A stretch of DNA of 64,000 nt. Source: Myxococcota bacterium (GTDB taxonomy: Bacteria; Myxococcota_A; SURF-8). A model generated the notes under the pieces. It saw nothing but the letters and a program-made list of their open reading frames with translations, was not told the DNA's origin and made no database searches. The stretch's first letter is position 1. Every line of letters begins with the position of its first letter. Of this stretch, positions 27,078 to 35,117 are shown one piece after another. The position numbers and the translations under genes were made by a program. The stretch covers positions 952,768 to 1,016,767 of the forward strand of contig CAXXPQ010000001.1 in the NCBI GenBank assembly GCA_963668655.2, given 5' to 3'.

Positions 27078-27794
27078 ATGATCCAACTGACCAGAATCAT
27101 CCGAATCGGCGGCGTGTTTCTTTTTCTGGCGCTGTTCGGCGCGGGCTGCGTGCCGCACATCCAGCCGTACAAACAGAAGAAACGGGATTTCCGGCCGGAT
27201 CTGGAAGTGGCGCCCATCGAACGCGCCCGCACGCCCGGTTCCATCTGGAGCGACCAGACCAATCTGAACCGCCTGTTCGCCGATCCCCGGGCCTCGCGCA
27301 TCAACGATCTCGTTGTGGTGCGCATCGAGGAAGTCAGCAAGGCCGACCAGTCCGCCGGCACCGCGCTGTCCAAGGACAGCCAGGTTTCGGCCCAGATCGA
27401 AAACCTTTTGGGCATGTTGAAAACCTTCGAGGCCCAGCACCCGAACTTCGACAGAAAGAACCTCATCGGCTCCAAGTTTCTTTCCGATTTCGACGGCGGA
27501 GGCAAAACCAGCCGCGCCGGGGAAGTGATCGCCACCGTGCCGGTGACCATCAAGCGCGAGATGACGGACGGAAATCTGTTTATCGAGGGACATCGGGTGG
27601 TGATGGTGAACAACGAGGAGGCGCATTTTTACGTCTCCGGCATCATTCGGCCCCACGATATCGACAAGAACAACAGCATATCCTCGTCGCTCATCGCCGA
27701 GGCCCAGATCGAGTTCACGGGCCGGGGCGTGGTGAGCGAAAAAGCCCGGCCGGGCTGGGGCAACCGCGCCCTGGATTATATCTGGCCCTTTTAG
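27078..27794 (+). CDS. flgH: Flagellar L-ring lipoprotein FlgH
   Basis: Lipobox LFGAGC. GSIWSD.., RASRINDLVVVRIEE and NLFIEGHRVVMVNNEEAHFYVSGIIRPHDI are FlgH signatures. Confidence 0.9.
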   Translation: MIQLTRIIRIGGVFLFLALFGAGCVPHIQPYKQKKRDFRPDLEVAPIERARTPGSIWSDQTNLNRLFADPRASRINDLVVVRIEEVSKADQSAGTALSKDSQVSAQIENLLGMLKTFEAQHPNFDRKNLIGSKFLSDFDGGGKTSRAGEVIATVPVTIKREMTDGNLFIEGHRVVMVNNEEAHFYVSGIIRPHDIDKNNSISSSLIAEAQIEFTGRGVVSEKARPGWGNRALDYIWPF

Positions 27795-27803
27795 GAGCGC
27801 GCC

Positions 27804-28919
27804 ATGGCAGGCAAACGACTCGTCACGATTCTTCTGGCCCTGGCCTTTCTGGGTTCGGCCTTCACGGACTCCGCTTCGGCGGCGCGGTTGAAGGACATCA
27901 CCAACATCCAGGGCGTACGGGACAACCAGCTCATCGGCTACGGCCTGGTGGTGGGCCTGTTGAAGACCGGAGACGATCAGAAAATCCTGTTCACCATTCA
28001 ATCGCTGGCCTCCATGCTTTCCCGCATGGGCGTGAAGATCAACGCCGGCGAACTGCGTCCCCGCAACGTGGCCGCCGTGGTGGTCACGGCCAACCTGCCG
28101 CCCTTTTCCACCGTGGGCAGCCGCCTGGACGTTCAGGTGGCCAGCATCGGAAACGCCAAGAGCCTGGTGGGCGGCACCCTGCTGATGACGCCCCTGAAAG
28201 GGGCCGACGGGCGGGTCTACGCCATGGCCCAGGGCCAGATCATCACCGGCGGCTACAGTTTCGGCGGAGAAAGCGGCACCGGAGTGACCAAGAATCACCC
28301 CACCGTGGGCAGCATCCCCAACGGATCCATCATCGAGCGCGAGGTGCGCTACGCCATCAACGACCGTGCCGACATTATTTTGACGCTCATGCGGCAGGAC
28401 TTCACGACGGCCGTCAATATGGCCGAAACCATTAACGATTACCTGGAAGGCCCCTACGCCATGGCACGGGACGGCGGCTCGGTGAAGCTGCGCGTACCGG
28501 GAGAATATCAGTCCCGAGTGGTGACGCTCATCGCCAAGATCGAGGGACTGGAAGTGGAGACCGATCGGCGCGCCAAGGTGGTGTTGAACGAACGCACCGG
28601 AACGGTCGTAATGGGCTCCGACGTGCGCCTGTCCACCATCGCCATCAGCCACGGCTCGCTGAAGATCAAAATCAACAATCAATATAATGTGTCGCAGCCC
28701 GGACCCTTTTCCTCGGGCGGAAAAACCACCGTCACCCCCAGCAGCGACATCTCCGCCGTGGAAGAGAAATCCCGCATGGCGGTGGTCAAGGGCGCGGTGA
28801 CCATCGGAGACGTGGTGATGAGCTTGAACTCCATCGGAGTGTCTCCCAGAGATCTCATCAACATCCTCCAGGCCCTGAAGGCGGCCGGGGCGCTTGAAGC
28901 GGAAATGGAAGTGATTTAA
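27804..28919 (+). CDS. flgI: Flagellar P-ring protein FlgI
   Basis: Signal peptide followed by RLKDITNIQGVRDNQLIGYGLVVGL. C-terminal VSPRDLINILQALKAAGAL. Confidence 0.92.
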   Translation: MAGKRLVTILLALAFLGSAFTDSASAARLKDITNIQGVRDNQLIGYGLVVGLLKTGDDQKILFTIQSLASMLSRMGVKINAGELRPRNVAAVVVTANLPPFSTVGSRLDVQVASIGNAKSLVGGTLLMTPLKGADGRVYAMAQGQIITGGYSFGGESGTGVTKNHPTVGSIPNGSIIEREVRYAINDRADIILTLMRQDFTTAVNMAETINDYLEGPYAMARDGGSVKLRVPGEYQSRVVTLIAKIEGLEVETDRRAKVVLNERTGTVVMGSDVRLSTIAISHGSLKIKINNQYNVSQPGPFSSGGKTTVTPSSDISAVEEKSRMAVVKGAVTIGDVVMSLNSIGVSPRDLINILQALKAAGALEAEMEVI

Positions 28920-28932
28920 GGAACTTGGAATC

Positions 28933-29754
28933 ATGAAGGATCTTGGGCAAATCGGTTTTCAGCAGGCGGCGCAGGCCACCGAAAGCGCGACGGGCGAACG
29001 CCTGACCCGCCTGGCCGAGCGGCTGGAGAAAAGTGAAAGCGCCGTCTCTCCAGAGGACGCCGAGCAATTGCGGAAGCAGGCGCGGGCCTTCGAGAGCATG
29101 CTGGTCAAGACCATGCTGGATTCCATGCGCCGCACCGTGCAGAAATCGGATCTCTTCGGGGATTCCGAATCCAATTCCCGCAACATCTACCAGTCCATGC
29201 TGGACGGCGAATACGCCAAGATGATGAGCGAACAGCAGGGCTTCGGGCTGGCGGACCTGATCCTGGAACACTTCGGCGTGCCTTCGGAAGAGCTTGCCGA
29301 TTTGCGCGGTAGCCTGAAGGCCGGGCTCGCGCCTTACCATGGAGCGGAAAACGCGGGGAGTCGATCGGAATTTCTGCTGCCCGCCACTGGCCGGATATCC
29401 TCTCCCTTCGGGATGCGCTCGGATCCGTTTACGGGCCAATTGCGAATGCACAAAGGGCTGGATATCGCCATGCCGGAGGGCCGCAAGATCTACTCGGCCC
29501 TGGATGGAGAGGTGGTCTTCGCCGGGGAAAAGGCGGGGTACGGCAAGGTGGTGGAGATCAAGCATCGGGACGATATCCGCACGATTTACGGACATTTGGA
29601 TGAAATAAACGTGGACGTGGGAGACAAGATCCGGCGCGGCCGGATCATCGCCCGGTCCGGAAATACGGGCCGTTCCACCGGTCCGCATCTGCACTTTGAA
29701 ATTCGAGTCGGCGGCAGACCCGTCAATCCGGAGAACTACATCCGGGTCCGATAA
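28933..29754 (+). CDS. flgJ: FlgJ-like rod-binding protein fused to an M23 (LytM-type) peptidase domain
   Basis: The N-terminal rod-binding motif is AFESMLVKTMLDSMR..LFG. The C-terminal half carries HKGLDIA, YGHL and GPHLHFEI (M23 HxxxD / HxH). Confidence 0.85.
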   Translation: MKDLGQIGFQQAAQATESATGERLTRLAERLEKSESAVSPEDAEQLRKQARAFESMLVKTMLDSMRRTVQKSDLFGDSESNSRNIYQSMLDGEYAKMMSEQQGFGLADLILEHFGVPSEELADLRGSLKAGLAPYHGAENAGSRSEFLLPATGRISSPFGMRSDPFTGQLRMHKGLDIAMPEGRKIYSALDGEVVFAGEKAGYGKVVEIKHRDDIRTIYGHLDEINVDVGDKIRRGRIIARSGNTGRSTGPHLHFEIRVGGRPVNPENYIRVR

Positions 29755-29822
29755 GGTATCGGAATTTTGGCGGTCAATAGGCCAAGTTTTCGGGATCATT
29801 ACACTTTTCAAGAAAAAAAGTG

Positions 29823-29849
29823 TAAAGTGTTTTTGTCTTGATCCGAATT
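29823..29849 (+). promoter_or_regulatory. Weak candidate sigma28 promoter upstream of flgM
   Basis: TAAA-N15-TCCGAATT compared with the consensus TAAA-N15-GCCGATAA. Only the CCGA core of the -10 is conserved. Confidence 0.3.
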
Positions 29850-29906
29850 CAGAGGGTGAACGGCGACACCGCTGTCGCCCTTCGAAACCGAAGAGCGAGG
29901 TTTCCG

Positions 29907-30224
29907 ATGAAGGTAAACGACAAAACATCCCCGATTCACAGCTTGACCCCTCACCAGATTTCCGAACCGGGCGGCGTGCTTCCCGGCCAGGAAACGGAAG
30001 GCTTGGCCCGGACCTCCAAAGACCGCGTGGACGTATCCGATGCCGCTCAGCGGAAGGCCTTCGTCCAACGAGCCATCTATACGGCCCGCACCTCTTCCGG
30101 AATCGATGTCGAAAGGGTCGCCGCCATGAAGCAAGCCATTGCCGACGGCAGCTACAAACCCGATCTCAGCCAGGTCGCCGAGACCATCCTTCAGGAAGTC
30201 CGGTCCTTTCTTCAGGAGAAGTAG
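29907..30224 (+). CDS. flgM: Anti-sigma-28 factor FlgM
   Basis: About 105 aa. The C-terminal motif ERVAAMKQAIADGSYKPDLSQVAETIL is typical of FlgM. Internal ATG with GAGCGAGG upstream. Confidence 0.8.
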   Translation: MKVNDKTSPIHSLTPHQISEPGGVLPGQETEGLARTSKDRVDVSDAAQRKAFVQRAIYTARTSSGIDVERVAAMKQAIADGSYKPDLSQVAETILQEVRSFLQEK

Positions 30225-30254
30225 CCCGCCGCCGGCCCAACACGGGGCGGTAAC

Positions 30255-30764
30255 ATGAAAACCGAAATCGACAAACTGGCCCTCGAACTGAAAGTCGTTC
30301 TTCAACAGGAGGTGCGCCTCCTGGAGAACCTGCAGGAACTCATGCAGGACGAGCGGGAGCTGCTCCTGAGCTTCCGACCCCGCCAGTTACTGGAGATCAA
30401 CAAACGGAAGGAAATCCTGATCGGCCAGCGCAACTCCCTGGAAGGGGAGCGTCACCGTCTGACCGATCGGCTTACCGTCCTGTTGTGCCTGCCGAAAGAC
30501 GCGGATCTCGCCACGCTGGCGGAGGCCGTGGAAGGGCAGGCGGGTGCGGAGCTTCGGCGTCTGCGTTCCATTCTGGCCGCCCTGGTGGACGGCATCCGGG
30601 AACTGGCCACCCTGAACGCCGCCCTGATCGAACACTCCATCCGCTCCATCCGAGGATCGGTGACCTTCCTGAAAAAACGCTTCTTCAATTCCGACACCTA
30701 CGGCGCCGATGGGGCCATCCGGCACCGTGAGGCCGAACTGTCGTCCGTCCAGAACCGGGTCTGA
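30255..30764 (+). CDS. flgN: FlgN-like flagellar export chaperone
   Basis: A 169-aa helical protein between flgM and flgK, with an N-terminal pattern (LQQEVRLLENLQELMQDERELL) typical of the FlgN family. Assignment rests mainly on position. Confidence 0.6.
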   Translation: MKTEIDKLALELKVVLQQEVRLLENLQELMQDERELLLSFRPRQLLEINKRKEILIGQRNSLEGERHRLTDRLTVLLCLPKDADLATLAEAVEGQAGAELRRLRSILAALVDGIRELATLNAALIEHSIRSIRGSVTFLKKRFFNSDTYGADGAIRHREAELSSVQNRV

Positions 30765-30777
30765 AGGGAGCATCGCC

Positions 30778-32181
30778 ATGGCGTCCATCACCGATATCCT
30801 GAACATCGCCCGGTCCGGTATCCAGGTCCAGAGCAAGGCCCTGCGCATCACCGGCCAGAACGTCTCCAACGTCAACACGGAAGGCTACTCCCGCCAGCGG
30901 GTGGATATCGTCAGCCAGGTGGCGGCCGGATCCTCCTCCGGCATCGGGGCGTCCGTCTCGGAAATCCACCGGGTGTACGACAGCTTTCTGGAAGGCCAGG
31001 TGAACCGCAACCTTTCCTCTTACGGTTTCCTGGAAGGCCGTCAACTGGTCGCCAGCAATCTGGAGAGCGTGTTTCCCGAACTGGGGGACGACAACATCAA
31101 CGCCTCGTTGAGCGATTTCTTCAACGCCTTCCGCACGCTGGCGGACAATCCCTCCGGCGTGAGCGAGCGGCAGGTGGCGTTGAACACCGCCGAGACGCTG
31201 GCGAATCGCTTCAACCGCGCCTACAACAGCCTGGAATCCATCCAGAGCGGCCTGAACACGAACATCCGGGAAAACGTATCGGAAGCCAATGGACTTCTCC
31301 GGGAACTGGCGGATCTCAATAAGAAAATCGCCACCGTCAACGATCCGTCAGGGGAAAGCTCCGGGGCGGAACTGCGGGACCGCAGGGACGGCGTGGTTCG
31401 TCAACTGAGCGAAATGCTTCCCATTTCCACGTTTACGGACGGCGACGGGCACGTCAACGTGATGCTGGATCGGCAGGTGCTCGTCCAGGGCGTCCAGGCC
31501 GGAACGCTTACCGCCACGAACGATCCCCTCGCCCGGGTGGAGATGACGGGAGTGGGCGGCGTCAGCCGGGACATCACGCAATACCTGGCCGAGGACAGCG
31601 AGGATCGGGGGCGCATCGCCGGAATGCTGGCCGAGCGGGACGTACACATCGAGGACACGAAAAGTCGCCTGGACCAGCTCGCCTTCACCCTGGCCGAGCA
31701 AGTCAATACCTTGCATAGCGCGGCCTTCGGCCTCGACGGCGGAACCGGACGGAACTTCTTCGAGCCGCTGGCCGCCGTGGACGGCGCGGCCGGCCGGATT
31801 CGCGTCAGCCAGGAATTGCTGGACAATCCGGAACGTCTGGCCCTGGCCCAGGATCCCTTGAGCCTGGACGGCGACAACCGGGCGGCCATGGCCATCGCGG
31901 ATCTGGAATCCGACGACGCAACCATGGGATCGGCGGGTTTCCACGATTATTTCGCCGAAACCATCGGAGAGATCTCCGGCCGCCTGTCCGGGCTGAACGC
32001 CGACATGGAATACCAGGGCATGGTGGTGGATCAGAGCGAGGCTTTCCGGGCATCCGTTTCCGGCGTATCCATCGACGAGGAAATGGTCAGCCTGATCCAG
32101 TTCCAGCGGGCCTTCGAAGCCAGCGCGAAAATGCTCAGCACGGTGGACGAGATGCTTTCGACCGTGCTTCAGATCAAGTGA
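30778..32181 (+). CDS. flgK: Flagellar hook-associated protein 1 FlgK
   Basis: ILNIARSGIQVQSKALRITGQNVSNVNTEGYSRQ at the N-terminus, and VSIDEEMVSLIQFQRAFEASAKM at the C-terminus. Confidence 0.9.
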   Translation: MASITDILNIARSGIQVQSKALRITGQNVSNVNTEGYSRQRVDIVSQVAAGSSSGIGASVSEIHRVYDSFLEGQVNRNLSSYGFLEGRQLVASNLESVFPELGDDNINASLSDFFNAFRTLADNPSGVSERQVALNTAETLANRFNRAYNSLESIQSGLNTNIRENVSEANGLLRELADLNKKIATVNDPSGESSGAELRDRRDGVVRQLSEMLPISTFTDGDGHVNVMLDRQVLVQGVQAGTLTATNDPLARVEMTGVGGVSRDITQYLAEDSEDRGRIAGMLAERDVHIEDTKSRLDQLAFTLAEQVNTLHSAAFGLDGGTGRNFFEPLAAVDGAAGRIRVSQELLDNPERLALAQDPLSLDGDNRAAMAIADLESDDATMGSAGFHDYFAETIGEISGRLSGLNADMEYQGMVVDQSEAFRASVSGVSIDEEMVSLIQFQRAFEASAKMLSTVDEMLSTVLQIK

Positions 32182-32199
32182 TGAAAGGAGCGTGAAGCC

Positions 32200-33087
32200 A
32201 TGCGCGTCACCGACAGCACCCTGTTTCAGAAGGTCCAGGCCCAGCTCATGGCCCGGAAAAAAGCTCTGGAAAACGCCTCGGAGACCGTTACCACGGGCAA
32301 AAAGATCAATCGCCTGGAAGGCGATCCGTCCATCGTCGGCGAGACCCTGCGCAATCAGCGGGAGGAAGCCAACCTGGAACGCTACGAAAAGTCCCTGGAG
32401 GGGCTCGGCAACCGCTACATGAGCTACGAAAGCAATATTCAGTCCACCTACGACATCCTCGCCCGGCTGAAATCGGTCATGGTGAACCTGTCCAATCCCA
32501 GCCAGGATTCCGACGCGCGCACGGACATGACCAACGAACTGGAACAGGCCAAGGAATCCCTTTTGGCGCTGGCCAACGAGAAATACAACGGCCAGTACAT
32601 GTACTCCGGCGCGCGCACGGACGTGGAACCCTTCGCTCCGGACGGAACCTACCAGGGCGACTCGCTGGTCCTGGAGGCGGAAATTCTGCCCGGAGTGAAG
32701 ATGGAGAAAAACATCACCGGAGAGGAACTGTTCGGCGGAGCCGGCGGCGGCCAGAACGTCTTCCAGCTCATCGACGAATTGCAGGCGGCCATCCAGAGCG
32801 GCAGCCCCCAGGAGGAAATCCGGAACCGCTTGGACGATATGGACGCGGTGATCGAGCAGACCATCTCGGCCCGTACCGAAGTGGGCGTGCGCCTGAGCCG
32901 CATCGAAAGCTCCAAGAACAACCTGGCCCAGCTTCAGGACAATCTGGCTTTCAAACGCCAGGACACCGAGGACGCGGATTATGTCAGCGCCCTGACCGAT
33001 TATCAGTCCCAGGAACTGGCTCTCCAGGCGTCCATGCAAGTCAACGCGGACCTTCTGGGAAAGTCGCTGATGGACTTTCTGCGGTAG
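32200..33087 (+). CDS. flgL: Flagellar hook-associated protein 3 FlgL
   Basis: The MRVTDSTLF start and the flagellin-N/C-like helical ends (EDADYVSALTDYQSQELALQASMQV). Follows flgK. Confidence 0.85.
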   Translation: MRVTDSTLFQKVQAQLMARKKALENASETVTTGKKINRLEGDPSIVGETLRNQREEANLERYEKSLEGLGNRYMSYESNIQSTYDILARLKSVMVNLSNPSQDSDARTDMTNELEQAKESLLALANEKYNGQYMYSGARTDVEPFAPDGTYQGDSLVLEAEILPGVKMEKNITGEELFGGAGGGQNVFQLIDELQAAIQSGSPQEEIRNRLDDMDAVIEQTISARTEVGVRLSRIESSKNNLAQLQDNLAFKRQDTEDADYVSALTDYQSQELALQASMQVNADLLGKSLMDFLR

Positions 33088-33164
33088 GAACTCCGGGCCA
33101 TGAAGCACGGTGACGGTTTTTTGACAAAATTCGGAAGATTCGGACGAAAAATCGGATATACTTC

Positions 33165-33191
33165 TCAACCGGAGAAACATTCGGCCGATTA
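33165..33191 (+). promoter_or_regulatory. Candidate sigma28 (FliA) promoter upstream of the PilZ-csrA-fliW genes
   Basis: TCAA-N15-GCCGATTA matches 7/8 of the -10 GCCGATAA. It lies 147 nt upstream of ATG 33338. Confidence 0.5.
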
Positions 33192-33337
33192 ATGTAAATG
33201 CAAAGGGTTTCCGAAAAGATCGACCCGCTCTTTTTTTAACCTCACGCGGCCAACCGGCCAACCGCTGTTTCCCAGGCGCGTACAGCCTCGGAATCACGGA
33301 GGTTCCCGCTCCGGCGGGAGGAAAGACAGAAGCACCC

Positions 33338-34183
33338 ATGTTTCGCAAAGGCAGCCAGATCAGAGTGAGTTCGGCCAGCGGTCTCCATCGCCTGGAATTG
33401 CAGGCCGAGGTGAAAAGCGACCGCCCCCTGCGGGTGGAACTGACGGAGGGAGACGCCAGTCTCATCCGGCCCGGATCCACCGGCAAGGCCTACGTGGATC
33501 TGCTCAACGTGGACAGCGGCGAGGTGCTGATGACCGCCGCCGTGGAGAAGTACGAAAACGACAACGTACTCGTGCTGAAGGGACTGGGCACCCGGGAGAT
33601 GCGCAAGTACGTGCGCGTCAACGCCTGGATTTCGTTGCGCTATCGGGTGACGACCGCTCCGGACGAGGAGGCGGTGGAGGAATCCGACCTTCTGCCGGAT
33701 TTCGGCCAGCCGCTGAAGGAACTGGACCGTACGGATCTCAAGCGCCTGGCCCGCACGGACGAGGCATCGGAGGCCGTTCTGTACCTGCTCCAGGCCGTCC
33801 AGTCCATCGACCGCAAGATCGAGGCCCTGGCCCGGCTGATCCAGAACTCGCAGGATACTGGCGAACAGGACAAACAGGTACGCCAGCGGGTGAACATCAG
33901 CGGTTCGGGCCTGCGATTCGAATCGGACACGCCCTTCGACCACGGCACCTACCTGTCCATGCGTTTTCGGCTGCCCATGGCCCGCCCGGTGGAGATCATG
34001 GCCACGGGCGAAGTGGTGCGGGTGGATACGGTTTTGGACGAAGCCACGGGCAAAGACCGCTATTGCATCGCCTGCCATTTCCTCGGCATCCGGGAGAGCG
34101 ACCGGGAAAAGGTCGTGACCTTCGCCGTGCAGAAGCAGCGCGAGGCCCTGCGGCGCATGCGGGCGGCGGCCATCGGATTCTAA
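33338..34183 (+). CDS. YcgR-like PilZ-domain protein with a roughly 90-aa insert between the two c-di-GMP motifs
   Basis: RKYVR (RxxxR, aa 89-93) and NISGSG (NxSxxG, aa 186-191). The N-terminal about 85 aa are beta-rich and PilZN-like. The insert contains an acidic stretch and a predicted long helix. Confidence 0.7.
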   Translation: MFRKGSQIRVSSASGLHRLELQAEVKSDRPLRVELTEGDASLIRPGSTGKAYVDLLNVDSGEVLMTAAVEKYENDNVLVLKGLGTREMRKYVRVNAWISLRYRVTTAPDEEAVEESDLLPDFGQPLKELDRTDLKRLARTDEASEAVLYLLQAVQSIDRKIEALARLIQNSQDTGEQDKQVRQRVNISGSGLRFESDTPFDHGTYLSMRFRLPMARPVEIMATGEVVRVDTVLDEATGKDRYCIACHFLGIRESDREKVVTFAVQKQREALRRMRAAAIGF

Positions 34184-34265
34184 CGGCAAAAACCGGGGGC
34201 GACGCTCCCTGTGAAATCGGAAAACGGACCCGCTCGGAGCGGATCCTGGAAAGGAAAGACCGAAT

Positions 34266-34609
34266 ATGCTGATCCTGACCCGCAAAATCGGGAATCGATC
34301 CAGGTCGGGGACGATATCCGGATCAAGATCGTGGAGATCGGGCGAAACTTCGTGAAAATCGGCGTGGACGCCCCCCGCTCGGTAAAGGTCCACCGAGAGG
34401 AAATTTACGAACGGATCCGGGAGGAAAACATCCAGGCCGGACAGGCCGGAACCGGCGGGCTGAGCCGAGCGGCCGAGCTTCTCAAACGCAAGAAACCGAA
34501 TCCCGTCCGACCGCTGCCCCCGGCCGACGACGATTCCACGGACGCGGGCGGAAACGAACGGCCGCGGCGGCGCGTGATCGTCCGGAAACCCGACGGGGAA
34601 AAATCATGA
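34266..34609 (+). pseudogene. csrA: csrA interrupted by an apparent 1-nt deletion, or an assembly indel
   Basis: ATG 34266 encodes MLILTRKIG in frame 0 and that frame stops at 34353-34355. The rest of CsrA (ESIQVGDDIRIKIVEIG..KIGVDAPRSVKVHREEIYERIREEN) is in the next frame from 34292 to 34609. The junction is at ATCGGGAATCG, where GGGG is expected. Confidence 0.75.
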
Positions 34610-34661
34610 GCAAACACCCGGGCGTCGCCCAAGCGGCCACCCCAGATAAAAGGAGTGAATC

Positions 34662-35117
34662 TTGAAGATCACGACCCGAAGATTTGGCCGGATCGAGGTG
34701 GACGAAAAAGCCCTGATCCATTTCCCGGAGGGCCTGGTGGGATTCGAGGATTTTACCCGCTACACCCTGATCTCGAATCCGGACGAGGAACCCTTCTTCT
34801 GGCTCCAAGGCGTGGATGACGGAGACCTGGCCTTCGTGGCCGTCGATCCGCTCACGTTCGAGTCCGACTACGACTTCAAGGTGGAAGACGAAACCATCGA
34901 GCTGCTGAAGATCGAGGATCCCGCCGACTTGCGCCTGTTGACCATCGTCACCATGCATTCGGACATCACCCGGATGACCGCCAACCTGCTGGCTCCCGTT
35001 CTCATCAACCAGCGCAACAATCTGGGCTGCCAGCTCATCCTCAGGGATTCGGATTACTCCACCAAGACTCCCATGTTCGCCCAGGAGGACGACGGATCGG
35101 AGGGAGAGAATCCATGA
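34662..35117 (+). CDS. fliW: Flagellar assembly factor FliW
   Basis: MKITTRRFGRIEVDEKALIHFPEGLVGFEDF and NLLAPVLIN are FliW signatures. TTG start with AAAGGAG upstream. Confidence 0.9.
   Translation: MKITTRRFGRIEVDEKALIHFPEGLVGFEDFTRYTLISNPDEEPFFWLQGVDDGDLAFVAVDPLTFESDYDFKVEDETIELLKIEDPADLRLLTIVTMHSDITRMTANLLAPVLINQRNNLGCQLILRDSDYSTKTPMFAQEDDGSEGENP

Noticed and set aside
34284-34296. Programmed -1 ribosomal frameshift as the explanation for the csrA frame break.
   Set aside because: There is no X_XXY_YYZ slippery heptamer. The sequence is CGC AAA ATC GGG AAT, and re-pairing of the Gly-tRNA from GGG to CGG is poor. I saw no obvious downstream stimulatory structure either. An indel, real or an artefact, is the simpler explanation.
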